Source: Candidatus Woesearchaeota archaeon (lineage in GTDB: Archaea; Nanobdellota; Nanobdellia; Pacearchaeales; GW2011-AR1). From it: a DNA stretch of 64,000 nucleotides. The stretch is from NCBI GenBank assembly GCA_964603295.1, contig CAZRUG010000001.1:53210-117209 (forward strand), given 5' to 3'. The translations under genes were made by a program, and so were the position numbers. This document shows positions 8,666 through 18,918 of the stretch, piece by piece. Every line of letters starts with the position of its first letter. The stretch's first letter is position 1. The notes beneath the pieces are model-generated. The model was not told the origin of the DNA. It saw only the letters and a program-made list of their open reading frames with translations, and made no database searches.

Positions 8666-9210
8666 TTCCAAAGAGTGTTTATCCTCCTGCAGAAGATTCT
8701 TATTTAATGCAAGATATTTTGAAAAAAGAAGTCCCTAATTTATTGGAACAAAATCCTGAATTAAAATTTTTAGAAATTGGTCCTGGCTCAGGTATTCATT
8801 TAGAAACAGTTCGAAAGCTTGGAATAAAAAAAGAAAATATTTTCTCAGTAGATATAAATCCAGATGCAGTTGCACATTGCTCCTCACTTGGTTTTAATTG
8901 CAAACAATCAAACTTATTTGAAAATGTTGAAGACAAATTTGATATAATAATTTTTAATCCTCCTTATTTACCTGAAGATGAACGAGAAGATTGCGCATCT
9001 AAAACAGCCACAACAGGAGGCATAAAAGGTTGTGAAATTATTAATAGGTTTCTAAGAGAGTCTAAGAATTATCTAACAAAAGAAGGCAAAGCATATCTTA
9101 TTACAAGTTCTTTAAGTGGAAATGTTGAATGGGATAACTGGAACAAAAAAATTCTTGGTTCTGAAAAACTATTTTTCGAAGAATTATATGTTTGGGAATT
9201 GAGTAGATAG
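8662..9210 (+). CDS. Class I SAM-dependent methyltransferase, HemK/Mtq2-like (protein N5-glutamine methyltransferase family)
   Basis: 182 aa; SAM motif LEIGPGSGI and NPPY motif (IIIFNPPYLPEDE). Confidence 0.65.
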   Translation: MIPKSVYPPAEDSYLMQDILKKEVPNLLEQNPELKFLEIGPGSGIHLETVRKLGIKKENIFSVDINPDAVAHCSSLGFNCKQSNLFENVEDKFDIIIFNPPYLPEDEREDCASKTATTGGIKGCEIINRFLRESKNYLTKEGKAYLITSSLSGNVEWDNWNKKILGSEKLFFEELYVWELSR

Positions 9211-9244
9211 TAAAATTTATAATAATCTATTTTAAGAATTTTAA

Positions 9245-9679
9245 ATGACAAGAATTATTAATATTGTGGATTCAATTGATTACTTAAGTAAAATATTTTA
9301 TAAAGAAGTTTTTGAGATTAAAGAAAAGCCTTTTTTTGTGGGCTTTCATGGATTTGCAAGACAAGGAAAATCAACTCTTATAAGAGGAATTAGTGATAAT
9401 CTCAAAGGATGTAGAACTAAAATTTATGAAGTTCCTGTCTATAGACACTGTCTTGAATTACTTTCTAATCTAATCGATAGTTGCCAATGTCCTGATTTGA
9501 TTTTGTTTCACGAACTTTTTGGAATTCAATATTCTAATTTAGACAGAAAACTTAAAAGTTATCTTTATAGAAGAACTAATACAAATATCTTTGTTGCAAG
9601 AAAAATGCCTAATGTATTATCCTCTAGATATGATTATGCTGTTATAGGCGAGAATCCTATTTATTCAATTTCTTCTTAA
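9245..9679 (+). CDS. Hypothetical P-loop protein
   Basis: 144 aa; Walker-A-like GFARQGKST. Confidence 0.4.
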   Translation: MTRIINIVDSIDYLSKIFYKEVFEIKEKPFFVGFHGFARQGKSTLIRGISDNLKGCRTKIYEVPVYRHCLELLSNLIDSCQCPDLILFHELFGIQYSNLDRKLKSYLYRRTNTNIFVARKMPNVLSSRYDYAVIGENPIYSISS

Positions 9680-10475
9680 TCTGAGGCAATCTTTCTTCTA
9701 AAGGTGGTTTCTTAATTTGGTAAAAAATACCTAAAGGAATCTTTGTATTCTTGTCAATTGAATTATAATCAAATTCTTCTGCTCTTTTCATTGCTTTTTC
9801 AAAATTTGTTTTATCATGTTTTTTATCTTCTAAAAAATAAGTGTGTTTTTTGTAATCTTTATCTTGATGAAAAATAATGCAAGGCTGAATAACTTCAATA
9901 AATGCAAAACCTTTGTGTTTCATTGCTTTGTCTAAAATATCTTCAATTTGTTTAACATCTGCAAAAACCCGCGCAACAAAAGTTGCTCCTGCTGAAAGCA
10001 TTATTTTAATTGAATTAATCGGCTCTGTTTTAACACCCAAAGGCATTGTCTTATCTTTGAAACCTTGTTCTGTCGTTGGCGTAGGTTGCCCAACAGTTAA
10101 AGCAAAAACCTGATTATTATGAACCAAGTATTTCATATTTGCATTATAACGCGCAGCATGAATTGTGTGCGAAATACCTTCTGCATAAGCATCACCATCT
10201 CCAGAAAACCCAATAACATTTAAGTTAGGTTGAGCAAGTTTTATTCCCAACATTGTAGGAGGCACTCGTCCATGAAGAGTATTAATTCCTTTAAGATTTA
10301 CATAATCAAACATTTTTGCATGACAACCAATTCCAGTCACAAGCGCATAATTATCTCGAGGATCTTTCTGTTTTTCTAAATATTTTTTCAAACCAGCAAG
10401 TATCTGAAAGTTATAACATCCAGGACACCAAGTAGGTATTGTCCCAGTGTTTAGGTTTTGTTTTTTTGTTGTCAT
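9657..10475 (-). CDS. korB: 2-oxoacid:ferredoxin oxidoreductase beta subunit (TPP-binding)
   Basis: 272 aa; CPGCY motif, TPP-binding GDG...N region. Confidence 0.85.
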   Translation of the reverse strand: MTTKKQNLNTGTIPTWCPGCYNFQILAGLKKYLEKQKDPRDNYALVTGIGCHAKMFDYVNLKGINTLHGRVPPTMLGIKLAQPNLNVIGFSGDGDAYAEGISHTIHAARYNANMKYLVHNNQVFALTVGQPTPTTEQGFKDKTMPLGVKTEPINSIKIMLSAGATFVARVFADVKQIEDILDKAMKHKGFAFIEVIQPCIIFHQDKDYKKHTYFLEDKKHDKTNFEKAMKRAEEFDYNSIDKNTKIPLGIFYQIKKPPLEERLPQIKKKLNK

Positions 10476-10897
10476 TTTAATTCCTTATTCATGAATATAT
10501 CTTCATAATTTGGTTTGTATTTAAATTTTTGATAAAATTGAAATGCTTTTGCTTTTTGATTTGCCATAACAGTAATTTTTTTGATTTTCTTCTTAATACA
10601 TTCTTCTTCTGCAAAATTTAATAATTTGCTTCCAACGCCCTTTCCTTGAGATTTTGAATCAACATAAAACTCATCAATATAGGCCTCTTTTTTTCCCTCG
10701 CCCATAATTGAAATAAACCCCAAGATTTTTTTATCTGCAATATATAAATAAATACTTCCGAGTTCAAAAATTGTTCTTATTTTTTTCAAAGATTCTTTTT
10801 CAGACCATTTTTGATTATATGGTTTTTTCCCAGATTCAGCTCTAAATATTTTTGCAATTTCTTTCAAATCTTTTTCAGTTGCTTTTCTTATTTTCAT
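10472..10897 (-). CDS. GNAT family N-acetyltransferase (start placed at MKIRKATEKDL)
   Basis: GNAT motif A QGKGVGSKLL; the ORF-track start at 10975 would overlap the upstream toxin gene. Confidence 0.65.
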   Translation of the reverse strand: MKIRKATEKDLKEIAKIFRAESGKKPYNQKWSEKESLKKIRTIFELGSIYLYIADKKILGFISIMGEGKKEAYIDEFYVDSKSQGKGVGSKLLNFAEEECIKKKIKKITVMANQKAKAFQFYQKFKYKPNYEDIFMNKELK

Positions 10898-10898
10898 A

Positions 10899-11225
10899 TT
10901 AAAATTTAAATCTCCTTTCATATTTTTTATGATTAAACCATTCAAGCAAAACACAAACAATTGACACCTCATCATTTTGTATTGTATAAATTAATCTCCA
11001 TGCATTTGGAAGATTATATTTCCACAGGTTTTGAATTCCTTTGTTTTTATATTCTTTTGGAATTAGATTCTTTTTCACTTGCATACCAACAAAAGGATTT
11101 TGCTTTATGTCATTAATCGCTCTATCTAAAAATTTTGCCAAATCTTTCTCAGTTTTATTTTCTTTTAATTTACTAAATGTTTGTTGAAGAGTTTTATCAA
11201 TAAAGGCAACCTTTACATTTCTCAT
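10899..11225 (-). CDS. RelE/ParE-superfamily type II toxin-like protein
   Basis: 108 aa; toxin-like C-terminus NLWKYNLPNAWRLIYTIQNDEVSIVCVLLEWFNHKKY; overlaps the upstream small ORF by 4 bp. Confidence 0.5.
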   Translation of the reverse strand: MRNVKVAFIDKTLQQTFSKLKENKTEKDLAKFLDRAINDIKQNPFVGMQVKKNLIPKEYKNKGIQNLWKYNLPNAWRLIYTIQNDEVSIVCVLLEWFNHKKYERRFKF

Positions 11226-11482
11226 TTTATAATTAATCCCTGCTCTTTAATATTTTTAATTAATTCAGGATTATAAGCCCACATAATTTTATCTTTGTAA
11301 AAAATAATCTTTCCAGATTTTTCTAAATAATCAAGAATAACTTTAAATGTTTGATATTGAACTTTTTTAGGAAGAGCTTTCCAGAGTTGCATTTTTGTGG
11401 GATAATCTTCTAAATTTTGTATGGTTTCTTCTACCATAAGAACAGTATCTAATCTTGGGTAATGTAATATATTTTGTGCCAT
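11222..11482 (-). CDS. Putative cognate antitoxin (small protein upstream of the toxin)
   Basis: 86 aa; 4-bp overlap with toxin start, the usual TA arrangement; no family recognised. Confidence 0.35.
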   Translation of the reverse strand: MAQNILHYPRLDTVLMVEETIQNLEDYPTKMQLWKALPKKVQYQTFKVILDYLEKSGKIIFYKDKIMWAYNPELIKNIKEQGLIIK

Positions 11483-11618
11483 TTTTCTATTGTATATATT
11501 TATACAATTAAGTATTTAAGGTTTTTGGAAATTCATTTTCATTTTTTAAGCCATCCAACTGATTTAAATAAATTCGCAATATCTTTTCCAGATATCTCTT
11601 TTGTTTTTTTGTATTCTA

Positions 11619-13106
11619 TCATCCCAACATCCCCCCAATCTCTTTCTCCAACCCATCTCTTAAAAAAGGCCTGCCATCATATCTTAGGATTTTGTTTTTA
11701 TCCTCGATATTTATTCCAGTATTTTCTCTTATAACATCACCCAATAAACCAGTTGAATTATTTTCAATTAAAATTAAATTCTTATCTTTCAAAATTTTTT
11801 CAACTTCTTTTGGAAAAGGTTTCATATAAAGTATTTGCAAAAACCCAACCTCCAAGTTTTTTATTGAATCTAAAATAGCCCCTTTTGTAGAACCCCAAGA
11901 AACAATTAAGTTCTTTGAATTTTTCTTTCCATAAATTTTATACTGCTTAAATTTCTTAACAGCTTTTTCAATTTCTTTTCCAACTTTTTGCCTTTCTTCA
12001 ATATTTTTCTTAACTTGCAAAGCATCTTCTGTTGCAGAACCAACAGAATCTGTTTCATAAGAATTCCATCTCTTTAATTTAGTTTCATGCTTAACTTTTA
12101 CAAACTTTGCTTTTCCATCAATTGTATAAAATGATTCTCCCAAGTGTTTGTCTGAAACAATTATCGACGGAGTTTTAAATTTCTGGGACAAGTAAAAAGT
12201 TTGATTAGTTAATTCTTCTGATTCAATAACATCTCCTGGAGCAACAACTACTCTATTAAATTCTCCATGTCCAGCATTTAATGCAATTTTCAAATCACCT
12301 TGTGCAGTATAAGTTGCAACACCTGTTCCAGGCCCAGGCCTTTGTGATAAATAAAACACCAAAGGCACTTGCGCAATTCCACATAAACTCAAACCCTCTG
12401 ACATTAAATCAAAACCTCCTCCCGAAGTCCCAATCATTGTCTTTGCTCCAGCAATTGCAGAACCAACACCAGCATTAACAACAGCCAACTCATTCTCTAA
12501 TTCAAAAACCAAAACATTATTCTTAACCTGATCTTTAGCTAACTCAGATAAGATAGGTGTTGCAGGAGTCATTGGATAAGCATAATAAATATCAATTCCA
12601 GAGGCCAAAGCACCTTGAGCAATACCTTGATTTCCATTTTGAAAAACAAATTTTTTCTTTTTTATCTTCGGCAAATCAATTGATCTTCGGGCATCATTAA
12701 AACCTTTCTGACATTCTTGCAGATTTTTTTCATAATTAGATAATTTCTTAATCCGTTCACCTAACAAATTAAAATCCAATCCTAAAACACGAAACAACCT
12801 TCCAGCAAAATACATATTTGAATGTTTCCCTCCAATAATTATTCCATCTTTTTTTATATTTTTTTTATGAATTTTTTCTGTTGATTCATCAATTGAAACA
12901 ACCACATCAAATTTTGAATCATTGCTATTAACTTCTGAATTTGAAATAGTTAAAATATTAAAATTATGTCCTCCTCGAATTAAACTCTGATAATCTCTAG
13001 AATAAAAAACATAATAACCTTTTTCAACAAGTGCTTCTGCTAAAACATGAGTTAAAAGATTTGGTCCCTGCCCAGCTTTTCCTCCGATTAGAATGTTTGT
13101 TCTCAT
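11619..13106 (-). CDS. korA: 2-oxoacid:ferredoxin oxidoreductase alpha subunit with fused N-terminal gamma domain
   Basis: 495 aa; gamma-like N-terminus GGKAGQG, then alpha-subunit domains. Confidence 0.85.
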   Translation of the reverse strand: MRTNILIGGKAGQGPNLLTHVLAEALVEKGYYVFYSRDYQSLIRGGHNFNILTISNSEVNSNDSKFDVVVSIDESTEKIHKKNIKKDGIIIGGKHSNMYFAGRLFRVLGLDFNLLGERIKKLSNYEKNLQECQKGFNDARRSIDLPKIKKKKFVFQNGNQGIAQGALASGIDIYYAYPMTPATPILSELAKDQVKNNVLVFELENELAVVNAGVGSAIAGAKTMIGTSGGGFDLMSEGLSLCGIAQVPLVFYLSQRPGPGTGVATYTAQGDLKIALNAGHGEFNRVVVAPGDVIESEELTNQTFYLSQKFKTPSIIVSDKHLGESFYTIDGKAKFVKVKHETKLKRWNSYETDSVGSATEDALQVKKNIEERQKVGKEIEKAVKKFKQYKIYGKKNSKNLIVSWGSTKGAILDSIKNLEVGFLQILYMKPFPKEVEKILKDKNLILIENNSTGLLGDVIRENTGINIEDKNKILRYDGRPFLRDGLEKEIGGMLG

Positions 13107-13618
13107 AAAATCCTCCCTAGCATATATGTATCTGCATATTTTTTATTATCTAATAAAAGACCCTTCTTTTTTATTCCTTCTATCTTAAATCCTGCCTTTT
13201 TGGAAATTTTCCAAGAGGAAATATTTTTTACAGCAACTTCTGCTTCAAGTCTCTTAAAGCCTCTTTTCTTTGCTTCTTTAACAGCAGTTTTTAGTAAAAG
13301 AGTTCCAATTCCTCTTCTCTGATAATCTGGATGAACACTCCATCCCCCTGATAATCTGTGCCGAGTTCGTCCTTTTTCTTTTGCTAAGAAAAAAACAGAG
13401 CCAACTATTTTATTATTGATTTCTGCAACAAATATAATTGAGGTTTCTTTATTAAAAGAATCTTTCCATTTTTCTAAATCTTTTTTTGTTCTTTTTTTAT
13501 TGCTCCCAGTATAATTAAAAACCCCTTTTTTTAGTCCTTCATTAAAATTTTCTGCAATTCCAACTTCATCGCCCTTTTTCGCTTTTCTAATCACTACATC
13601 ACCACCCTTCATATTCAA
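13103..13618 (-). CDS. GNAT family N-acetyltransferase
   Basis: 171 aa; motif A YQRRGIGTLLL. Confidence 0.7.
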   Translation of the reverse strand: MNMKGGDVVIRKAKKGDEVGIAENFNEGLKKGVFNYTGSNKKRTKKDLEKWKDSFNKETSIIFVAEINNKIVGSVFFLAKEKGRTRHRLSGGWSVHPDYQRRGIGTLLLKTAVKEAKKRGFKRLEAEVAVKNISSWKISKKAGFKIEGIKKKGLLLDNKKYADTYMLGRIL

Positions 13619-13632
13619 TAAAACAAAATAAC

Positions 13633-14271
13633 TTATTTAAGTTTATCTAAAAATTCTTCAATTAATTGTTCTTTCTCTTTTTCACTAACTTTTATTGAAG
13701 AAGCTTCATAGATCTTCCCGAAATTATTAAGTTTATTTTTAGTCTTCCAAAAAGGTCCTTTTTTAATCAGCCAATCTGGAAAATTTTTTTTATTTTGAAT
13801 AAAATAATCTAAAAACAAATCAGGCTTTTGTATTTTCAAGGAATTCCTTAATCGTTTAGATACTAAAATCGGTGTATCTCCACTTGGAGAGTTATTCTCG
13901 ATAATTAAGATCTTTTTCCCTTTTATCTGTTTAAGAGTTCTATCAATGGATTGATTGTATCTTTTTTTCTTCAAAACATTTTCATTTTTTCTTCCACAAA
14001 TTAAATAATGGATTTTCCATCCTTGAGCTTCAAACAAAATTGCATAAGGCAAAGCACCTCTTAAAACACAAACAGCAGAATCATAATCCTCTTTTGGAAT
14101 ATTTTTAATTTGTTTTAGAATATGTGTTGGAAAATGACCTTTTTTCCCATAGTCTCTTTTAATTTTATTAATAAAAGACTTTGAATCATTAACATAATAT
14201 CTACTAAATTTTTCCCATTTTTCTCCTACCTTTTTATTCAAGAGTGAGAATAATTGCCCCTCTTTTTTCAT
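13633..14271 (-). CDS. Hypothetical protein, possible phosphoribosyltransferase-like fold
   Basis: 212 aa; KILIIENNSPSGDT resembles a PRTase PRPP-binding motif, weakly. Confidence 0.35.
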   Translation of the reverse strand: MKKEGQLFSLLNKKVGEKWEKFSRYYVNDSKSFINKIKRDYGKKGHFPTHILKQIKNIPKEDYDSAVCVLRGALPYAILFEAQGWKIHYLICGRKNENVLKKKRYNQSIDRTLKQIKGKKILIIENNSPSGDTPILVSKRLRNSLKIQKPDLFLDYFIQNKKNFPDWLIKKGPFWKTKNKLNNFGKIYEASSIKVSEKEKEQLIEEFLDKLK

Positions 14272-14309
14272 AAGTAATTTATGAGGAAATATTATTTAAA
14301 CTTTCTCAA

Positions 14310-15275
14310 TCACTTCACAAACTCAATTTTTTCCCAATCAAAAATAGGCATTGAATTAACTTCAATAATATTTTGCAAGAATTTATCTTTTATTTCTGAA
14401 ATAAGTTTATATAATTCAAAAATATTTTTTGTATAACATCTAAAATCAATGTCAGCATATCCAAGATATCTTGAAACACTTTCAACATTCCCTTGCTTTT
14501 TGAGGAATTGTTTAATTAATTTATAATTCTCAGAATCTAATTTCTTCAAATGTAAAAAAACTCTAAAATGTAAAAATCCTAATTTCTCATAATTTATTTT
14601 TGTTTTATATCCGATTATTATTTCCTTTTTTTGTAAAGAAAGAATTCTGTTTTTTACCCCATTTGCAGACATTTTCAATTTTCCAGCTAATTGCACAAGG
14701 GTTAATCTACAATTATTAGAAAGCAATTCTATAAGCTTTTTTTCTTTATCATCAATGGAAATGTTTTGTTTTTTTATTGATGTATTAAACTGCAAAGTTT
14801 TAGAATTTTCAATTATATCTATATTAAAATAACTACTTTCAATTTCACTGGTTATTAATTTTTCTTTGATTTTATCTGATTTATTAGATATAATTTTTTT
14901 AAGAATGTAATCGAGTTCTTGATTATTTCCTGCACTAATTGCAATTGTCATATCCCAATGACCTGCATTTTTTCCGACACCAATTACGTCTTTATTTTTT
15001 TGAATTTCCTGAAACCATTGCTTTTCAATTTGAGAAGAGATTCTAATTGTTTTAATATAAACTACATAAATAGTTTTTCCTAATTTATTTAAATCAATAA
15101 TTGCATTATATCCCTGAATAATTTTTTCTTTCTCTAATTTTTCAATTCTATATTTTATAGCTTGCTTTGATATTTTCAGTTTTTTAGCTAAGCTCGCATT
15201 GGTAACTCTTGCCTTCATTTCTAATTCAACGAGGAGCTTTTTGTCTTTTATATCTAACATATTAACTTTATGCAA
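14310..15275 (-). CDS. Tandem Lrp/AsnC-family transcriptional regulator (two wHTH modules)
   Basis: 321 aa; two HTH_AsnC-like segments (LAKKLKISKQAIKYRIEKLEKEKII and LVQLAGKLKMSANGVKNRILSLQKKEII). Confidence 0.6.
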   Translation of the reverse strand: MHKVNMLDIKDKKLLVELEMKARVTNASLAKKLKISKQAIKYRIEKLEKEKIIQGYNAIIDLNKLGKTIYVVYIKTIRISSQIEKQWFQEIQKNKDVIGVGKNAGHWDMTIAISAGNNQELDYILKKIISNKSDKIKEKLITSEIESSYFNIDIIENSKTLQFNTSIKKQNISIDDKEKKLIELLSNNCRLTLVQLAGKLKMSANGVKNRILSLQKKEIIIGYKTKINYEKLGFLHFRVFLHLKKLDSENYKLIKQFLKKQGNVESVSRYLGYADIDFRCYTKNIFELYKLISEIKDKFLQNIIEVNSMPIFDWEKIEFVK

Positions 15276-15301
15276 TTATATTATATAAATATTGCGTTTT
15301 G

Positions 15302-16291
15302 TTATAATTCTTTCTCTGGAAATTGTATATATTTATAGATGCTATCTAAAAATAAGAGGTCAATGTTTTCAACTGAATTATTTAGAATATCTGCTATCTC
15401 ATCGTAGGTTTTACCAAGTTCAGTTGGATTCTCGGATAAAACATAAATTATACAATCATAATCTCCCTCTAATTTGGCACAATAAAATATTCTTTGGTTT
15501 GTTGCTAAATACTCTTTAAATTTTTTCTCAAAACCCTTTCTTTTGAAATTAATCAAAAAATAATTTGTGTAAAGATTGTATTTTTTAAAATTATGAATTA
15601 AACCAAAATTATTAATAAATTTTTGATCAACAAATTTTTTCATTCTATAACGAATTGTTTCGTGATTTAATCTGGTTGCTTCTGCAAGTTCTTGATAATT
15701 TGTTCTTGGATTTTGAAGAATGGCTTTGATAATTTTTTTATCAATATAATCTAAATTAATTTTTTTATCCAAAGGGGTTTCTGCATATAGTTTCGTGTTT
15801 AGTTTGTATACAAAGTTTTTTTGGTTTGAGGGAATTTTAGATTTAACATTAATTGGAGGAATTATATTAGTAAACCTCTTATAAATACCTCTAAACTTGG
15901 CAATCTTTAGTTCTTTAATTGGGATAACAGACCTAATTTTTTTAAGTAATTCCTTGAGTTCTCTTTGGGATTTTGCGAGAACTAATAATTGAATATCAAA
16001 CTTACCATAACTAGAATTAATATGTATCAGATTCTGTATTTTTGATAGATTTGAGAAATTATCTATTTTACTTTTTAATTTAATCCAAATATGATAACTA
16101 TCATATCCGAGCATATGGTAATTAAATTGGACATTGAATTTTGCTAATTCTTGTTGATTTATAAGTTTGTCAATTTGATAAGCAACAGAATCTTCAGATA
16201 AACCAACAGATTTTCCAATATCTTTATTAGTAAATCTGCAATTAATTGATAACAATTCCAATATTTTCTTTTGTCTTAAATTTAGCTTCAT
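15302..16291 (-). CDS. Tandem Lrp/AsnC-family transcriptional regulator, paralog of 14310-15275
   Basis: 329 aa; same two-HTH architecture (KKILELLSINCRFTNKDIGKSVGLSEDSVAYQIDKL and KKIIKAILQNPRTNYQELAEATRLNHETIRYRMKKF). Confidence 0.6.
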   Translation of the reverse strand: MKLNLRQKKILELLSINCRFTNKDIGKSVGLSEDSVAYQIDKLINQQELAKFNVQFNYHMLGYDSYHIWIKLKSKIDNFSNLSKIQNLIHINSSYGKFDIQLLVLAKSQRELKELLKKIRSVIPIKELKIAKFRGIYKRFTNIIPPINVKSKIPSNQKNFVYKLNTKLYAETPLDKKINLDYIDKKIIKAILQNPRTNYQELAEATRLNHETIRYRMKKFVDQKFINNFGLIHNFKKYNLYTNYFLINFKRKGFEKKFKEYLATNQRIFYCAKLEGDYDCIIYVLSENPTELGKTYDEIADILNNSVENIDLLFLDSIYKYIQFPEKEL

Positions 16292-16367
16292 AGAGAAAAA
16301 AGGACAACATTACTTATAAAATTATGTATTTATCGCAAAATTAAATAGTTTATCTTATATAAACATA

Positions 16368-17081
16368 TTGTATTACTCTTCTATGGTAGTTAAAAGGAAA
16401 CAAAAAACAAGCAATCAATTTGAATATCAGAATATATTTGAAGGGGTTCAAGAAGGAAATTATCGAAGAGCAACTAGTTTAGCTAGAGATAATAACTCTC
16501 AGATTATTTCTTCAAGAGAATTAGCTGAAGCTATACCTCAAATTCATTCTGAAGGATTTGAGGGGAACATCTTAACTTCAACAGGATATTTATTTAACCG
16601 AGAGAAAGGATTGTATCTCCAAGAGAATACAGCGCCTATTCAAAATTATTCTTTTGAAAAATATGGGTCTAGAGAAATAGAAATCAAGGAGAGAGATTTA
16701 ATAAAGCGTCTAAAAGAGGGAGATTCTTCTGTAAGATTTATTCCCAATGAAGAAATATCCAGATTGCCTTATGATGGTGTAATTAAATTTTTAGATTTTA
16801 AAAATAATAAAGTAGCTCAAACTCTTTTAGGCGAAGAAGGAATCGAGAATTTAGTAAATATCGCAAAGAATCAACAAAACGATAGAGGTTCGCATGACAC
16901 AAGAATTAATTTTTGCGTTCCATATCAACATTCAAGGATTAATACAGGTTTAATTTATCTTAGATTGAGTAGGCCATTTAGCAATCCTATGTGCGACCAA
17001 TCGAGAAATCATTATTTAACTGTGGGGAGTAATTGTCACATTAATATTTTAAAAGGAATGGCCTTTTCAAAAGTTATTTAA
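16368..17081 (+). CDS. Hypothetical protein
   Basis: 237-aa ORF; no motifs recognised. Confidence 0.4.
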   Translation: MYYSSMVVKRKQKTSNQFEYQNIFEGVQEGNYRRATSLARDNNSQIISSRELAEAIPQIHSEGFEGNILTSTGYLFNREKGLYLQENTAPIQNYSFEKYGSREIEIKERDLIKRLKEGDSSVRFIPNEEISRLPYDGVIKFLDFKNNKVAQTLLGEEGIENLVNIAKNQQNDRGSHDTRINFCVPYQHSRINTGLIYLRLSRPFSNPMCDQSRNHYLTVGSNCHINILKGMAFSKVI

Positions 17082-17103
17082 ACCTAAATCAGAACATAAG
17101 AAA

Positions 17104-17577
17104 ATGAAAAAATCACCTAAAAACGAAATCGAAAATCTAAGAAACATTTGTGAAAGAAATGGTTTTGAATTAGTGGAAACTTCTGTTGGAGGAGAATCAT
17201 TTAGTTATTATGTGATTCCTCAATCAATGCAACCAAACTTCTCGGATTTTGTTATAAGGGCAACAGGAGAACCAGAACACGGATATGTTTTAGGTATTTC
17301 AGATTCAGTTCCAGAAGAACACAGAAAATACGCTGTTTTCCACGAATATACAGAGTTTATGAAAATTGGAATTGATACAAAAGATAGATGTGTTCAAGCT
17401 TTAGAAAAAGAATTAGAACAAGTTCCAGATTCAATTAAAAGCGAGTATATCGCAAGAAGACAGGATTTTTTCAAAAATGCAATTAGATTCTGCTATCAAG
17501 ATAAAGAACACTACACTCAACAAGACATAAAGGAATTTGGCAAGAGTTTAGCTCGTTTGTATAAAGAGAATAAATGA
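17104..17577 (+). CDS. Hypothetical protein
   Basis: 157-aa ORF; no motifs recognised. Confidence 0.4.
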   Translation: MKKSPKNEIENLRNICERNGFELVETSVGGESFSYYVIPQSMQPNFSDFVIRATGEPEHGYVLGISDSVPEEHRKYAVFHEYTEFMKIGIDTKDRCVQALEKELEQVPDSIKSEYIARRQDFFKNAIRFCYQDKEHYTQQDIKEFGKSLARLYKENK

Positions 17578-17627
17578 TAATCAAAAACCCCAACAATCTT
17601 TAAATACTTCTCAGGTTTTTCTCTCAT

Positions 17628-18812
17628 ATGCCAAGATTCGCACACTTATCAGATGTTCATTTAGGAGGTTGGAAGCAAAAGCCACTGCAAGATTTAAATT
17701 TTGAGTCCTTTAAATTAGCAATAGAAACATGCATAAAAAAGCGAGTTGATTTTGTATTGATTGCAGGAGACTTGTTTGACACAGCTTACCCTCCAATTGA
17801 AATCTTAAAAGAAACATTTGCACAATTTAGAAAACTCAAACAATCAAACATTCCTTGTTTCATTATAGCAGGCTCCCATGATTACTCTGTTTCAGGAAAA
17901 ACCTTTTTAGATGTTTTAGAAAAAGCAGGATTTTGTATAAATGTGACTTCATTTTATACAGAAGGAGAGACAGAAGAAAGAAATGAAAAAATATTTTTAA
18001 ATCCACACATTCACGGAAACATTGCAATTTATGGTTATCCTGGAAAAAAATCTGGTTTAGAAATTCCAGACTTGCGAAGAGTAAAACTAAACGATGCACC
18101 AGGAATGTTCAAAATTTTTATGCTCCATACAACAGTTGACAAAGCAAAAGGCACACTTCCAATTGATGCATTAGAATGTGATTGTGTTCCAAAAGCAGAT
18201 TACTATGCACTTGGACATTTACACATTGACTGGAAATACCAGAACTTTGTTTATCCAGGACCAATTTTTCCAAACAACTTTCAAGAACTAAAAGACTTAA
18301 AATACGGAAGTTTTTATATTGTAGACACAGATTCAACAACATGGTTAGAAAAAGTAGAACTTAAAATAAAATCTATTGAATTTTTAGAAATACAAATCAC
18401 AAACGCAACAACTGCAACAGAGAAAATAATATCTGAATTAGAAAAAAGAGACTTAGAAGATAAAATAGTTTTATTAAAAGTCAAAGGAGAATTAGGAATT
18501 GGAAAAAACTCTGACATAAAATTCAATCAAATCGAGGATTATTTAAATCAAAAAGGTGCATACTTTATGCTCAAAAATACACATGATTTAAAAACAAAAG
18601 ATGTTGAATTAGAAGTTGTATCTGAAGACATTTCTGAAGAAAACATTGAACAAGAAACAATCAAAGCATATTCTAAACAAAACCCTTCTGATTTTAATCA
18701 TTTAATTTCTGAATTAATGAACTCATTTGGAATTGAAAAACAAGAGGGTGAAACAACAGAAAGTTTTAACACAAGAATCTTAGATGAAGCCAGGAGGATT
18801 TTGAATTTTTAA
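17628..18812 (+). CDS. mre11: DNA double-strand break repair nuclease Mre11 (calcineurin-like phosphoesterase)
   Basis: 394 aa; phosphoesterase motifs HLSDVHLG, GDLFD, GSHD, GHLH. Confidence 0.8.
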   Translation: MPRFAHLSDVHLGGWKQKPLQDLNFESFKLAIETCIKKRVDFVLIAGDLFDTAYPPIEILKETFAQFRKLKQSNIPCFIIAGSHDYSVSGKTFLDVLEKAGFCINVTSFYTEGETEERNEKIFLNPHIHGNIAIYGYPGKKSGLEIPDLRRVKLNDAPGMFKIFMLHTTVDKAKGTLPIDALECDCVPKADYYALGHLHIDWKYQNFVYPGPIFPNNFQELKDLKYGSFYIVDTDSTTWLEKVELKIKSIEFLEIQITNATTATEKIISELEKRDLEDKIVLLKVKGELGIGKNSDIKFNQIEDYLNQKGAYFMLKNTHDLKTKDVELEVVSEDISEENIEQETIKAYSKQNPSDFNHLISELMNSFGIEKQEGETTESFNTRILDEARRILNF

Positions 18813-18918
18813 GAATCCCCTATTTTCTAATAATAAAAAACATTTAGAGTTTATAAACTTTGTCCCTTGTTACTAAAGAGTAGTTAAATTTATAAAGAAA
18901 AACCCATTAAAACTTTTA

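Noticed and set aside
18118-18526. Minus-strand ORFs (74 and 70 aa) inside mre11
   Set aside because: Antisense to mre11; no start or RBS context.
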